A stretch of DNA of 64,000 bases from the NCBI GenBank assembly GCA_002722515.1, contig PBMH01000036.1, positions 3,226 through 67,225 on the forward strand, written 5' to 3'. The DNA is from Alphaproteobacteria bacterium (GTDB lineage Bacteria; Pseudomonadota; Alphaproteobacteria; UBA6615). Below, piece by piece: positions 41,985 through 50,537 of this stretch. A program made the translations under genes and the position numbers. Numbering within the stretch: the first letter of the stretch is position 1; every line of letters begins with the position of its first letter. The notes beneath the pieces are model-generated. The model worked only from the letters and a program-made list of their open reading frames with translations. It made no database searches and was not told the origin of the DNA.

Positions 41985-42992
41985 TTGCAGATCAAACATC
42001 CATATCTCATGTTCCTGGGTAATGCGGCTGACCAGCTCGCCGCTAAGACGGCGCAGGGTATTGTCCATTGGCGCCGCGACTGGTGCATCGGCCAGCTGCG
42101 GCTAGAAAATTGCAATGCTGATCTCGGGCTCCCTGAAATGGAGGTCTCCGAGGCTGCGGCAGCAGGGGTGCGGACTTTGGTAATCGGGGTAGCCAACCGG
42201 GGCGGCATCATAGGTGAGAGCTGGACAGCGACTATCGTTGACGCGATCGAGGCCGGCTTGGACGTCGCCTCAGGGCTGCATGCACGGATTTCCGAAATTC
42301 CCCAAATAGCCGATGCGGCACGCGCCAATGGCGCGCAGCTTTTTGACGTGCGGCACCCGACCCAGACCTTCGATGTGGGCACAGGCGCGCGGCGCCCGGG
42401 CAAGCGATTGCTAGCGGTGGGGACTGATTGCTCAGTTGGCAAGATGTACACTGCGCTGGCGATCGAAGAGACTCTTACCGCACGAGGGATTGACTGTGAT
42501 TTTCGTGCGACCGGCCAGACCGGCATTTTGATCTCGGGATCCGGCGTGTCCGTCGACGCCGTGGTTTCGGACTTTATTTCCGGCGCGACGGAGTGGCTAG
42601 CGCCTGCCAATGCGGTCGACCACTGGGATCTTGTCGAGGGCCAGGGGTCTTTGTTTCATCCTTCCTATGCGGGAGTAACCATGGGGTTGGTGCATGGTTC
42701 ACAGCCTGATGCATTGGTGCTCTGCCACGAGCCGACCCGCGCACATATGCGTGGCTTGCCGCATCAGAATCTACCGGAGATTGGAGCTTGCCTAGACGGC
42801 CACCTCGCGGCGGCGCAATTGACCAACCCCGAAGCATTGTTCGTTGGCATTGCCGTCAACACCTCCGGCATGAGGGACGACGACGCCCGAGCGGCGCTGC
42901 TCGGTGGTCTGTCCGACCGATTTTCTCTGCCTGCGGTTGATCCCGTGCGCGACGGTATGGCGGCGATTGCGGACCGGCTGGAAGATATCTAG
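41985..42992 (+). CDS. DUF1611 domain protein (DgcN-like candidate)
   Basis: P-loop-like 'GTDCSVGKMYTAL' and overall DUF1611 appearance. TTG at 41985 lies 6 nt after AGGGGAGA. The ORF track starts at TTG 41961. Confidence 0.75.
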   Translation: MQIKHPYLMFLGNAADQLAAKTAQGIVHWRRDWCIGQLRLENCNADLGLPEMEVSEAAAAGVRTLVIGVANRGGIIGESWTATIVDAIEAGLDVASGLHARISEIPQIADAARANGAQLFDVRHPTQTFDVGTGARRPGKRLLAVGTDCSVGKMYTALAIEETLTARGIDCDFRATGQTGILISGSGVSVDAVVSDFISGATEWLAPANAVDHWDLVEGQGSLFHPSYAGVTMGLVHGSQPDALVLCHEPTRAHMRGLPHQNLPEIGACLDGHLAAAQLTNPEALFVGIAVNTSGMRDDDARAALLGGLSDRFSLPAVDPVRDGMAAIADRLEDI

Positions 42993-42995
42993 GTC

Positions 42996-43985
42996 ATGCC
43001 CTCGCTTGACGCGCAAATCGAGACGTTCCCACTTACGAGACATTTTACGATTTCGCGTGGTACCAAGACCAATACCGTTGTCGTGGTTGCCACTGTGCAC
43101 GAAGGTGATGTTGTTGGGCGCGGTGAATGTGGTCCCAATGCCCGTTACGGCGAGACGCCCGAGACCGTTGCGGCAGACATCTGCGCCATGGCGCCCGCGG
43201 TGAACGATGGAATTTCACGCGATGATTTGCAGGCAGCGATGCCTCCGGGGGCGGCGCGTAATGCGCTGGACTGCGCACTTTGGGATTTTGAGGCGCGAAT
43301 GGCGGGCATGCCGGCGTGGAGGTGTGCGGGGATCGCGGCTCCGCAACCGGTTGTCACCGCGTTCACTCTAAGTGCTGACGGCCCGGAACAGATGGCGCGA
43401 GAAGCAGCAGCTAATGCCGAGCGGCCGCTCCTGAAACTTAAACTTACCGCAGATGACGACTTGATGCGTGTTCGTGCGGTTCGGGCAGTGGCCCCCGACG
43501 CGTGTTTGATTGTTGACGCTAATGAGGCGTGGGATGTTGCAAGCTATATGGCGGCGGTACCCGAGCTCCAGTCACTCGGGGTGGTGCTAATTGAGCAGCC
43601 GCTTCCGGCGGACGATGACGCGGCGCTTGCCCGGCTCTCACGGCCGATTCCAGTCTGCGCTGACGAGGCTTTCCGCGATCTTTCCAGCCTGCCGGCGCTG
43701 GTAGGAAAATATGACCTGGTTAATATAAAGCTGGATAAGACCGGCGGACTGACAGCGGCGCGTGCGGCCGTCACAGGCGCGCGTGCGGCGGGTTTTGGGA
43801 TCATGGTAGGTTGCATGGTGGGGACTAGCCTCGCGATGGCACCGGCCATGCTGATCGCGCAGGAAGCCGCTTTCGTCGACCTTGACGGGCCGATGCTGCT
43901 TGCCCGAGACCGTGTACCCGGCCTTTTGGTCGATGGCAGTGTATTAAGGCTGCCGGCGTCCGGGCTTTGGGGTGAAGGTTTTTAA
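42996..43985 (+). CDS. enolase-superfamily dipeptide epimerase-like protein (MLE subgroup; DgcA-like candidate)
   Basis: KxK 'LLKLKLT', metal ligands 'DANEAW', 'IEQPL' and 'CADEA', and second catalytic Lys 'NIKLDKTGG'. Starts 3 nt after the DUF1611 gene. Confidence 0.8.
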   Translation: MPSLDAQIETFPLTRHFTISRGTKTNTVVVVATVHEGDVVGRGECGPNARYGETPETVAADICAMAPAVNDGISRDDLQAAMPPGAARNALDCALWDFEARMAGMPAWRCAGIAAPQPVVTAFTLSADGPEQMAREAAANAERPLLKLKLTADDDLMRVRAVRAVAPDACLIVDANEAWDVASYMAAVPELQSLGVVLIEQPLPADDDAALARLSRPIPVCADEAFRDLSSLPALVGKYDLVNIKLDKTGGLTAARAAVTGARAAGFGIMVGCMVGTSLAMAPAMLIAQEAAFVDLDGPMLLARDRVPGLLVDGSVLRLPASGLWGEGF

Positions 43986-44256
43986 GTTCTCGATTTCATA
44001 ATACTGTGCCGGATCTTGGCTCTTTCGTCCGCATTCCTTGGTGGGACGAATATGTTAGAGAACCGTTTTCGGCATGGTGCGGTAAACGTCCCAGAGACTA
44101 TACGGGATCTAGTTTCGTGCGCCGCGACAGAAAATGATGCGGCGCAGTATATTGGAGAAATAATATTTTAGGAAACTTGCCAAATTCGAAAATATTCTTC
44201 AATAACAATGGCATGAAAGCTATGTGATTGCTTTTTTGTGCGAACAATATATATTG

Positions 44257-44343
44257 CACCGCAGCATAACGGTGTGGCTTAGTTGTACTTCGAAATTTTT
44301 CCTCCCTATAACTTCGGGCCGTGGTTTCCGCGGTCCTTTTTTT
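44257..44343 (+). ncRNA. candidate small RNA with CCUCCC (anti-SD-like) motif; 5' end undetermined
   Basis: The intrinsic terminator at 44316-44343 has no coding ORF upstream. U-rich 'UUUUUCCUCCCUAUAA' lies at 44296-44311. Possible sigma70-like elements are TTGCTT (44228-33), a 16-nt spacer and TATATT (44250-55). Confidence 0.35.
44316..44343 (+). terminator. Rho-independent terminator
   Basis: gggccgtgg-ttt-ccgcggtcc forms a 9-bp stem (7 GC pairs and 2 GU), followed by T7 (44337-44343). Confidence 0.6.
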
Positions 44344-44500
44344 GTCACCTCGGACCGGACAAGATTTTGTTCTCGGGGATTACGCTGCTGGCCGGAAATT
44401 CTCCGCATTCGAGTAGTTCAGTATCGGTTGGGGTGAAGTCCGGTATCATCGCGCGGCGGGAGTGCGCCTGCTTTTTCTACATTGATTGACAAGGCCTGCC

Positions 44501-45385
44501 TTAGGCCACGAGTGCCGCAGGCTTAAGCGCGGCAAGGCGCCGCGTCAGCAGGCTCATATTCTCCGCAACCTCCACTAGTCCCTCGGTGCGTTCGATTCTG
44601 GATTCGTCCATATAGAGAGAGCGGTTGATCTCAATTTGCAGAGCATGCACCCCGGTTTCCGGCTGCCCGTAGTTGCGTGTAATGAAGCCGCCGGAGTAGG
44701 GCGCGTTGCGGACAACCGTATACCCCATCTCGCGCAATGTCTCCTCGACCAGGGCGGTTAGCGAGCTGCTGCAGGCGCGGCCACGGGCGTCACCGAGAAT
44801 GAAATCTACTTGGCGCCGGCGGCCAGCATCGTTTTCCATCGGGCCGCCGATCGACGGCATTGAGTGGCAATCGATTAGGATACAGGTGCCAAACCTCACT
44901 CGGGTCTGATTAATAAGGTCTTCCAATGCCTCGTGGTAGGGCTGGTAGAAGCGCTCTATTCGTTCGCACGCCTCGGCGAAAGTGAGCTTGCCGGAATAGA
45001 TTTCTGCACCACTCGCGACCACCCGTGCAATCGTTCCGAGGCCCGCCGCGATCCTCGGCGACCGCTTGTTGACGAACGGCGGTAGTGGCTCGATGAACAT
45101 AGCTGGGTCAAGTTCATAGGGCTCGCGATTGGGATCAACGAAGGCGCGCGGGAACAGGGCCTTGAGAAGAGGGGCGCCTAGATGAGGCGTCTGGGCAAAT
45201 AGCTCGTCGACAAAAGCATCTTCGGAGCGGCGGATAGCTTGTGCATCGAGCTTTGACGCCGCAAGGAAGGTGGCGGGGTAGGCTCGGCCGCTATGGGGTG
45301 AGGAAAAGACCAGTGGGACACGTTGCTCAGCTGGCGATAGAATCTCGATCGCGGCATCCGAATCGTTAATGGTTTTTCGATCCAT
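44501..45385 (-). CDS. N-formylglutamate amidohydrolase family protein
   Basis: 'FSSPHSGRAYP', 'ILIDCHSMPS' and 'NAPYSGGFITRNYG' are FGase-family signatures. Confidence 0.85.
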   Translation of the reverse strand: MDRKTINDSDAAIEILSPAEQRVPLVFSSPHSGRAYPATFLAASKLDAQAIRRSEDAFVDELFAQTPHLGAPLLKALFPRAFVDPNREPYELDPAMFIEPLPPFVNKRSPRIAAGLGTIARVVASGAEIYSGKLTFAEACERIERFYQPYHEALEDLINQTRVRFGTCILIDCHSMPSIGGPMENDAGRRRQVDFILGDARGRACSSSLTALVEETLREMGYTVVRNAPYSGGFITRNYGQPETGVHALQIEINRSLYMDESRIERTEGLVEVAENMSLLTRRLAALKPAALVA

Positions 45386-45663
45386 AATGTATCTGATTTA
45401 GCGAAAAGCACTTGGGCTGTCACCCTTGACAGGTGTGCGTTTCTTGCGAACCCGAGACCGGTCACTAAGGGCCAAGTGGATCATCGGCTTCGCGATCGTT
45501 GCAATCAGTGCGCGCACGGAGACAGGCAACACAGAGATCCTTTCCGGGTCCTTCCAAAAGCGCGGTTTCGTCGACCATCCTGACAGGATACTTGAGAAAC
45601 AGGAGGCCTGACTATTAGACTTTCTTCGCTATACTGTGCGTATACCTAGAAAAAACCCCGGAG

Positions 45664-45999
45664 GTGCCGTTGTCCAATACCGTCGACGTAAACTACACGC
45701 CCGATGCTGGCGATCGCACAGCAGAACTCAGTGAAATCGTCCATGAGGACGGCCGCTCGCGCGTTGTGAAATATACCATCAAGCCCGGCGAGCAGACCGG
45801 CTGGCACAAACATGAACTAGACTATGTGGTTATCTATCTTACCCCCGGTGAACTGACATCGCACTTTGCTGACGGCACCACCAAGGTGTTTAACTATGAA
45901 CCAGGTAAGGCTGGTTCCTACACCGCGCCGGTCGAGCATAATGCGGTCAACACGGGTAACACAGATGTGGTGGGCTATGAGATCGAGTACAAGAGATAG
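45664..45999 (+). CDS. cupin domain protein
   Basis: 111 aa with 'GEQTGWHKHELDYVVIYLTPGE' (cupin motif 1-like) and 'PVEHNAVNTG'. The likely start is TTG 45670, 5 nt after GGAGG. Confidence 0.75.
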   Translation: MPLSNTVDVNYTPDAGDRTAELSEIVHEDGRSRVVKYTIKPGEQTGWHKHELDYVVIYLTPGELTSHFADGTTKVFNYEPGKAGSYTAPVEHNAVNTGNTDVVGYEIEYKR

Positions 46000-46119
46000 C
46001 CGCTAGCGAAATGGCTGGCAGCGCCTCTTGCCATTAGAGAGGGTGCGGTGTATCACCCGGCCTTGTTGTTAGCGGAGCGTCACATTTACCGCCTACAACG
46101 CGGAAACCCGTATCAGGTG

Positions 46120-46194
46120 GGGCGCGTAGCTCAGCGGGAGAGCACTGTGTTGACATCGCAGGGGTCGCTGGTTCAATCCCAGCCGTGCCCACCA
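46120..46194 (+). tRNA. tRNA-Val (anticodon GAC)
   Basis: Hand-folded cloverleaf: acceptor GGGCGCG/CGTGCCC, anticodon stem CTGTG/CGCAG with loop TTGACAT, T arm GCTGG-TTCAATC-CCAGC, and an encoded ACCA 3' end. Confidence 0.92.
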
Positions 46195-46285
46195 TTTCTC
46201 CATATAGAGATCAACTAATGTGTATTCGGGTTGAGCATCTCGACCCGCCGAATCCCGCCGCGCCCGCTCCGTGGCGGCAGTTTTG

Positions 46286-48205
46286 ATGGAGTCTGTCGCA
46301 ACCGGGTCAAGCCATTGGATGGCAGGTATCCTGGTCGCGATGGCGCTGGCAATAGCGCTGTGGCCGGATCGCGATCTGCGGGCGCGCGTGTCGGTCGGCA
46401 TTCTCCTGCTCGCCTCCGTCGCCCTAGCTGGCGCGCTTGTGCCAATATTTGGCTATTGGTTTGCCGGGCGCACTCACCCTAACGCGATCGCGGGCATCCT
46501 ACCTTGGAATGATGCGGCAGCTTACTACGGTTGTGCGCTCTCGGTACTCGATGGGGAGGGGCTGAGCCCGCATTGTCAGCGGCGCCCGGCCTACTCGTTT
46601 TATCTCGCGGGCCTTTTGAGGGTCGCCGGGGCTGAGTTGCAGCTGGCCTTGGTCTTACAGGGGATCATGAACGGTGCGGCAATCTTAATTGTCGCCTACG
46701 CTGCGATGCGACGCTGGGGTACTGCAGCGGCTCTTGTAACAATCGCGGTTCTCGCTCCATTTGCAGCTTTGACGTCCGTTACTACTTTGACCGAGAATCT
46801 CGGATTTGTACTCGGCGCCGCCGGTTTTCTGCTGACACTGTCCGGTGCCGAGCGACGCTCCGTGAGAATGCTCACGGTGGGTGTATTTATCCTGAGCGTT
46901 GCGCTGAATGCGCGGGCGGGCGCGTTCTTGGTGCTGCCTTTAATTGTGATTTGGCCATTTCTTATCGCTGACATGTCGCGATGTCGGCGTTGGAGGCTGT
47001 TTGGCATGCTCGTGATTATGGTCGCGGCTGGGTTCGGCTTGGGATCACTTCTGATCGTTCAGGCCGGCGGATCACTCAGCGAGTACAATTCGAACTTCGG
47101 CCCCATACTCTATGGGCTCGCGGTTGGCGGCGAACGCTGGACGATTGCTCACTCACGTTTTCCGGGTGCCACGAGCGGGGAAATCTACGAGGCAGCTTTC
47201 GACTTGATCCGCACGCAGCCACATCTACTGCTGCTTGGCCTGCTTCAGGGTTTGCTCGAGTATCTTCAACGCTTGCTAACGTACATTCCTTGGACACCCG
47301 TCCGCGTGGTGCTCGGGGCGCTCTGGCTTTGCGGCATTGCAGCGCTGCTGCGTCCGTGCGGCAGGGATGGTGGCCGGATGCTTGGATTGATTGTTCTCGG
47401 TATTTTTCTGTCCTCGCCTATAATTTCGATCGTAGGTGATACACGTGTTTGGGCGTCAACGGTTGCCGTTGACGGGTTTCTCGCAGCACTCGGCTTTGCT
47501 GTTCTCGTCGCGGGAATTACGTCATCAGCACGGCGCGTTTACACGGCACTTTGGGGTACCGGGGTGCTGCTGACTCTTGCGCTGTCTCAGATCTTAACAG
47601 CAAGTGATCCGCGTGCCTGGGGTGGTGCAATGGTCATTGGCGGGTTCGTCGCGTTCCTTGCACAACGGGACGCAATGAACCGCGAGGCCTATCCGCCGGC
47701 CCCGGGCGCCGGTAGCCTGCCAGCACTCGCAGTGGCTATGATTGTCGCCTTGATCACCTTAGTTTTGCCTTTGCCGCAAGTAGGGCTGTCCTCGAGAGTG
47801 ACTTACCCTGTTGTGACTGCCTGCCCTTCCGGTGTCCCGGTGATTGGGCGCCTTGGACTTGATAGCCCGGTGGTAAAGGTAGCCGGATTGGGACGGCGGC
47901 GGAGCTATTGGCCGGTGATAGCAGCGCGCGACGAGTTCAGGGCGGAATTGAACCCACTCACGAACCATTACGAAGATTTGGTTGCACTGCCCGCAGACAC
48001 GGCAATCGTGTTTCTATATGACCGTAAGCCAATGGCGGAACTGTCCGTCCGCTATGGCATTCTGACTGGTCCCGCCGACCTAGTGCCGGTGGACAGGGGG
48101 GTTTACCAAGTCTGCGTTTCTGGCGAAGTGTCGACCGAGCCCATGGACGCACGCCGCATTTTGTCTGTACATCGTGTTCCGACCAGGTCGGCTGTGCCAC
48201 GATGA
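46286..48205 (+). CDS. large polytopic membrane protein, possibly a GT-C-type glycosyltransferase, with a C-terminal soluble domain
   Basis: More than 10 hydrophobic helices over about 470 aa. The first-loop segment 'WNDAAAYYGCALSVLDGEG...RRPAYSFYLAGLL' resembles ArnT/PMT-type families. The ~150-aa non-hydrophobic tail is unassigned. Start is ATG 46286 or GTG 46271. Confidence 0.55.
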   Translation: MESVATGSSHWMAGILVAMALAIALWPDRDLRARVSVGILLLASVALAGALVPIFGYWFAGRTHPNAIAGILPWNDAAAYYGCALSVLDGEGLSPHCQRRPAYSFYLAGLLRVAGAELQLALVLQGIMNGAAILIVAYAAMRRWGTAAALVTIAVLAPFAALTSVTTLTENLGFVLGAAGFLLTLSGAERRSVRMLTVGVFILSVALNARAGAFLVLPLIVIWPFLIADMSRCRRWRLFGMLVIMVAAGFGLGSLLIVQAGGSLSEYNSNFGPILYGLAVGGERWTIAHSRFPGATSGEIYEAAFDLIRTQPHLLLLGLLQGLLEYLQRLLTYIPWTPVRVVLGALWLCGIAALLRPCGRDGGRMLGLIVLGIFLSSPIISIVGDTRVWASTVAVDGFLAALGFAVLVAGITSSARRVYTALWGTGVLLTLALSQILTASDPRAWGGAMVIGGFVAFLAQRDAMNREAYPPAPGAGSLPALAVAMIVALITLVLPLPQVGLSSRVTYPVVTACPSGVPVIGRLGLDSPVVKVAGLGRRRSYWPVIAARDEFRAELNPLTNHYEDLVALPADTAIVFLYDRKPMAELSVRYGILTGPADLVPVDRGVYQVCVSGEVSTEPMDARRILSVHRVPTRSAVPR

Positions 48206-48236
48206 TGGGCGGTGCCGAGATGAAGGGCTGCGTGCC

Positions 48237-49385
48237 ATGCACCTGATGGTAATCCTTGAGGACCGGATATCGGAATGGGAATCTAAGGGTGAAATCCTGG
48301 AGGGTTACTTCAATCCTGCGGGTGCCTTTGAGACCGTCACTGTATTCGGACTCGTCGCCGATCAGCCCGATGTTGCGACATTGGAGCGCCTTTGCGCGCC
48401 CGCATGTCATCAATACATCAATGCGGGCATCGACCGACGGTATCTGATGTTATCGACGGCGGGGCTCCGACCGGAACTGCTTTTTCGTAGACTACGTCGA
48501 TTAACGCCTCTGGTGCCGCTAAGCCGGCCGGATGTGATCCGCGGCTATGGTGATGGGCTCGCGGCGGTTGCGGCAGCAGCGGTCAGCCATGAAACGGGAA
48601 CCCCCTTCGCCGTGAGTGTTCACATGACTGCCGATGTCGAAATACAAGCACGTTACCTCGGTGCGCCCGACCGGCTATGGCGACGTTTTTTGCGGTCGGC
48701 GGTAAATCGCTCCTTTCAGGGTGCCGGATCGGTCATGGCCGCCTACGCGCCTATTCTTGAGTATTTGCCGCCGAGTGTGACGGACAAAGCCATCGTCGTG
48801 CCAAACGTTGTGGGTATATCGCCACGCCCGGAGCTGCAAACACGGCGGGAAGGCCCAATGCGTGCACTTTGGCTTGGCCGGCAGATGCCTGGACGAGACC
48901 CGCGTCCGATCCTCGAGGCTCTGGATATCTTGCCAACCGTGCACCTGACATTGATCGGCGATGGGCCGTTACATGATGTCGCTCGACGCTGTGCGACGCA
49001 TCTTGCAGACCGAACCCGGTTCGTTCGCGCTATGGACAATCGCAAACTTTGCGCGTCGCTTGGCGACTATGATGTACTGGTTGTGAATAGCGGGTTTCGT
49101 GAAATGCCGAAAACAGTGATGGAGGCAGCACTCGCAGGCTTACCAATTATCGTTAATCGCTTGCCTGCCGTAGAGTCTCTGGAATACTCGCGTTTACCGG
49201 TTGTATTCGTCGATCCTAATTCCGGCAGCTATGCATCGGCTTTGCGTTATATGGAAGACAACCCTCAGAATCTCGAGGCAAAGAGGCGAGAAACGCAGGA
49301 TGCTGCTTGGCAACTATGGGATCCACAGAAGGTAGCAACGAAAACCGCTGATGTGCTGCGGTCGCTCGCGATGAAAGGAATTTAG
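48237..49385 (+). CDS. glycosyltransferase (GT-B, GT4-like)
   Basis: C-terminal 'VLVVNSGFREMPKTVMEAALAGLPIIV' fits the E-x7-E region of GT4 enzymes. ATG at 48237. Confidence 0.7.
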   Translation: MHLMVILEDRISEWESKGEILEGYFNPAGAFETVTVFGLVADQPDVATLERLCAPACHQYINAGIDRRYLMLSTAGLRPELLFRRLRRLTPLVPLSRPDVIRGYGDGLAAVAAAAVSHETGTPFAVSVHMTADVEIQARYLGAPDRLWRRFLRSAVNRSFQGAGSVMAAYAPILEYLPPSVTDKAIVVPNVVGISPRPELQTRREGPMRALWLGRQMPGRDPRPILEALDILPTVHLTLIGDGPLHDVARRCATHLADRTRFVRAMDNRKLCASLGDYDVLVVNSGFREMPKTVMEAALAGLPIIVNRLPAVESLEYSRLPVVFVDPNSGSYASALRYMEDNPQNLEAKRRETQDAAWQLWDPQKVATKTADVLRSLAMKGI

Positions 49386-49409
49386 GTACGTGATAAGAAA
49401 GTTATTTAT

Positions 49410-50537
49410 ATGTCCGGGCTAGTAATATTTGGAACCCGCCCGGAGGCCATCAAGCTTGCGCCAGTGGTTGCGAGAATCGGTGCGCACCTTGGCTTTAAGA
49501 ATTTCGAGGTCGTGTGTACCGGCCAGCATGCAGAGATCATGACCCAAACTCTGAGTGCGCTGGAGCTCAAGGTAGACGTGAATCTCAACCTGATGAAACG
49601 CGATCAGACACCCATGGAGGTGGTTGAAAGAATCATCGCGAACCTCACTGCCAAATATTCGCACGATCGTCCGGACTGGGTACTGGTGCAGGGTGACACG
49701 GCAACGGCGTTTGCTGGTGCAGTGTTCGGCTATCTTGGTGAGAGTATGGTTGTGCATCTAGAAGCGGGACTGCGGACCCATGACATCCATGAGCCTTGGC
49801 CTGAAGAGGGTTTTCGGCAGGAAATTGCACGCTTGGCGGACCTGCATTTGGCGCCATATCCCTGCGCGCAGGAAAACCTGATAGCGGAGGGCATCGAACC
49901 CGATAAGATTCTGGTGATTGGCAACACCGGCCTCGATGGCCAAGACCAAATGCTAGCGCATGGAGCCGATGCCGACACCCCTTGGTTGCCTGATGGCAAA
50001 TTTACCCTCGTCACGTTGCATCGTCGCGAGAATATCGGAGCCCGGTTGGAGGCAACTTGCCGCAGACTTATTGCGGTCCTAGAGCGTCAACCGGACCTCA
50101 ATATTCTCTGGCCAGTTCATCCCAACCCTAAGGTACGCGGAACCGTGTTTGAATTTTTCGGCGATCTCAAGGATCGCGTGCGGCTGATTGAGCCGCTCGA
50201 TTACCCTAAATTTCTATGCGCCCAAGAGGCAGCGGCTTTCGTTGTATCGGACTCTGGTGGTGTTCAGGAGGAGGCGGCGAGCATGGGGACACGCGTTGCC
50301 ATTGTGCGTAAAAAGACGGAACGCCCTGACGCTGTCGCGCTGGGCCTCACCCGCATCGTTGGCGCTGATGCTGCTGGCTTGATCGAGGCGACTGATGAGT
50401 TCATCTCTGTCCCGGTTGACCCGACCGCAGTGGCGGCTTGGCGCGAGCTTCAGGGTGATGGCAAGGCCAGCATTGCGGCTGCGGCTGCGATCGTAGACGA
50501 GGTCGAATCCAATCACACGGCGCGTCGGCGGGCCTGA
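49410..50537 (+). CDS. wecB: UDP-N-acetylglucosamine 2-epimerase (non-hydrolysing)
   Basis: 'FGTRPEAIKLAPV', 'VLVQGDTATAFAGA', 'HLEAGLRT', 'TLHRRENIG' and 'VVSDSGGVQEEA'. Confidence 0.9.
   Translation: MSGLVIFGTRPEAIKLAPVVARIGAHLGFKNFEVVCTGQHAEIMTQTLSALELKVDVNLNLMKRDQTPMEVVERIIANLTAKYSHDRPDWVLVQGDTATAFAGAVFGYLGESMVVHLEAGLRTHDIHEPWPEEGFRQEIARLADLHLAPYPCAQENLIAEGIEPDKILVIGNTGLDGQDQMLAHGADADTPWLPDGKFTLVTLHRRENIGARLEATCRRLIAVLERQPDLNILWPVHPNPKVRGTVFEFFGDLKDRVRLIEPLDYPKFLCAQEAAAFVVSDSGGVQEEAASMGTRVAIVRKKTERPDAVALGLTRIVGADAAGLIEATDEFISVPVDPTAVAAWRELQGDGKASIAAAAAIVDEVESNHTARRRA

Noticed and set aside
41879-42610. N-terminal 244 codons of the 850-aa ORF (40058..42610, minus strand) upstream of the GGT start
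   Set aside because: GGT-family similarity starts at 'MFTTRPEIRG' (ATG at 41878). The extension is Ala/Ser/Pro/Arg-rich and lies antisense to the well-supported DUF1611 gene. This is a typical stop-poor antisense frame in high-GC DNA.
44224-44489. 70-aa and 68-aa plus-strand ORFs, and a 62-aa minus-strand ORF, in the AT-rich spacer
   Set aside because: They have no SD and read straight through an intrinsic terminator. The peptides are low-complexity. The region is better explained as non-coding or sRNA.
46093-46445. 102-aa and 76-aa minus-strand ORFs, and an 83-aa plus-strand ORF, around the tRNA
   Set aside because: They overlap tRNA-Val or the start of the membrane-protein gene. Their composition is Arg/Pro-rich and there is no RBS.
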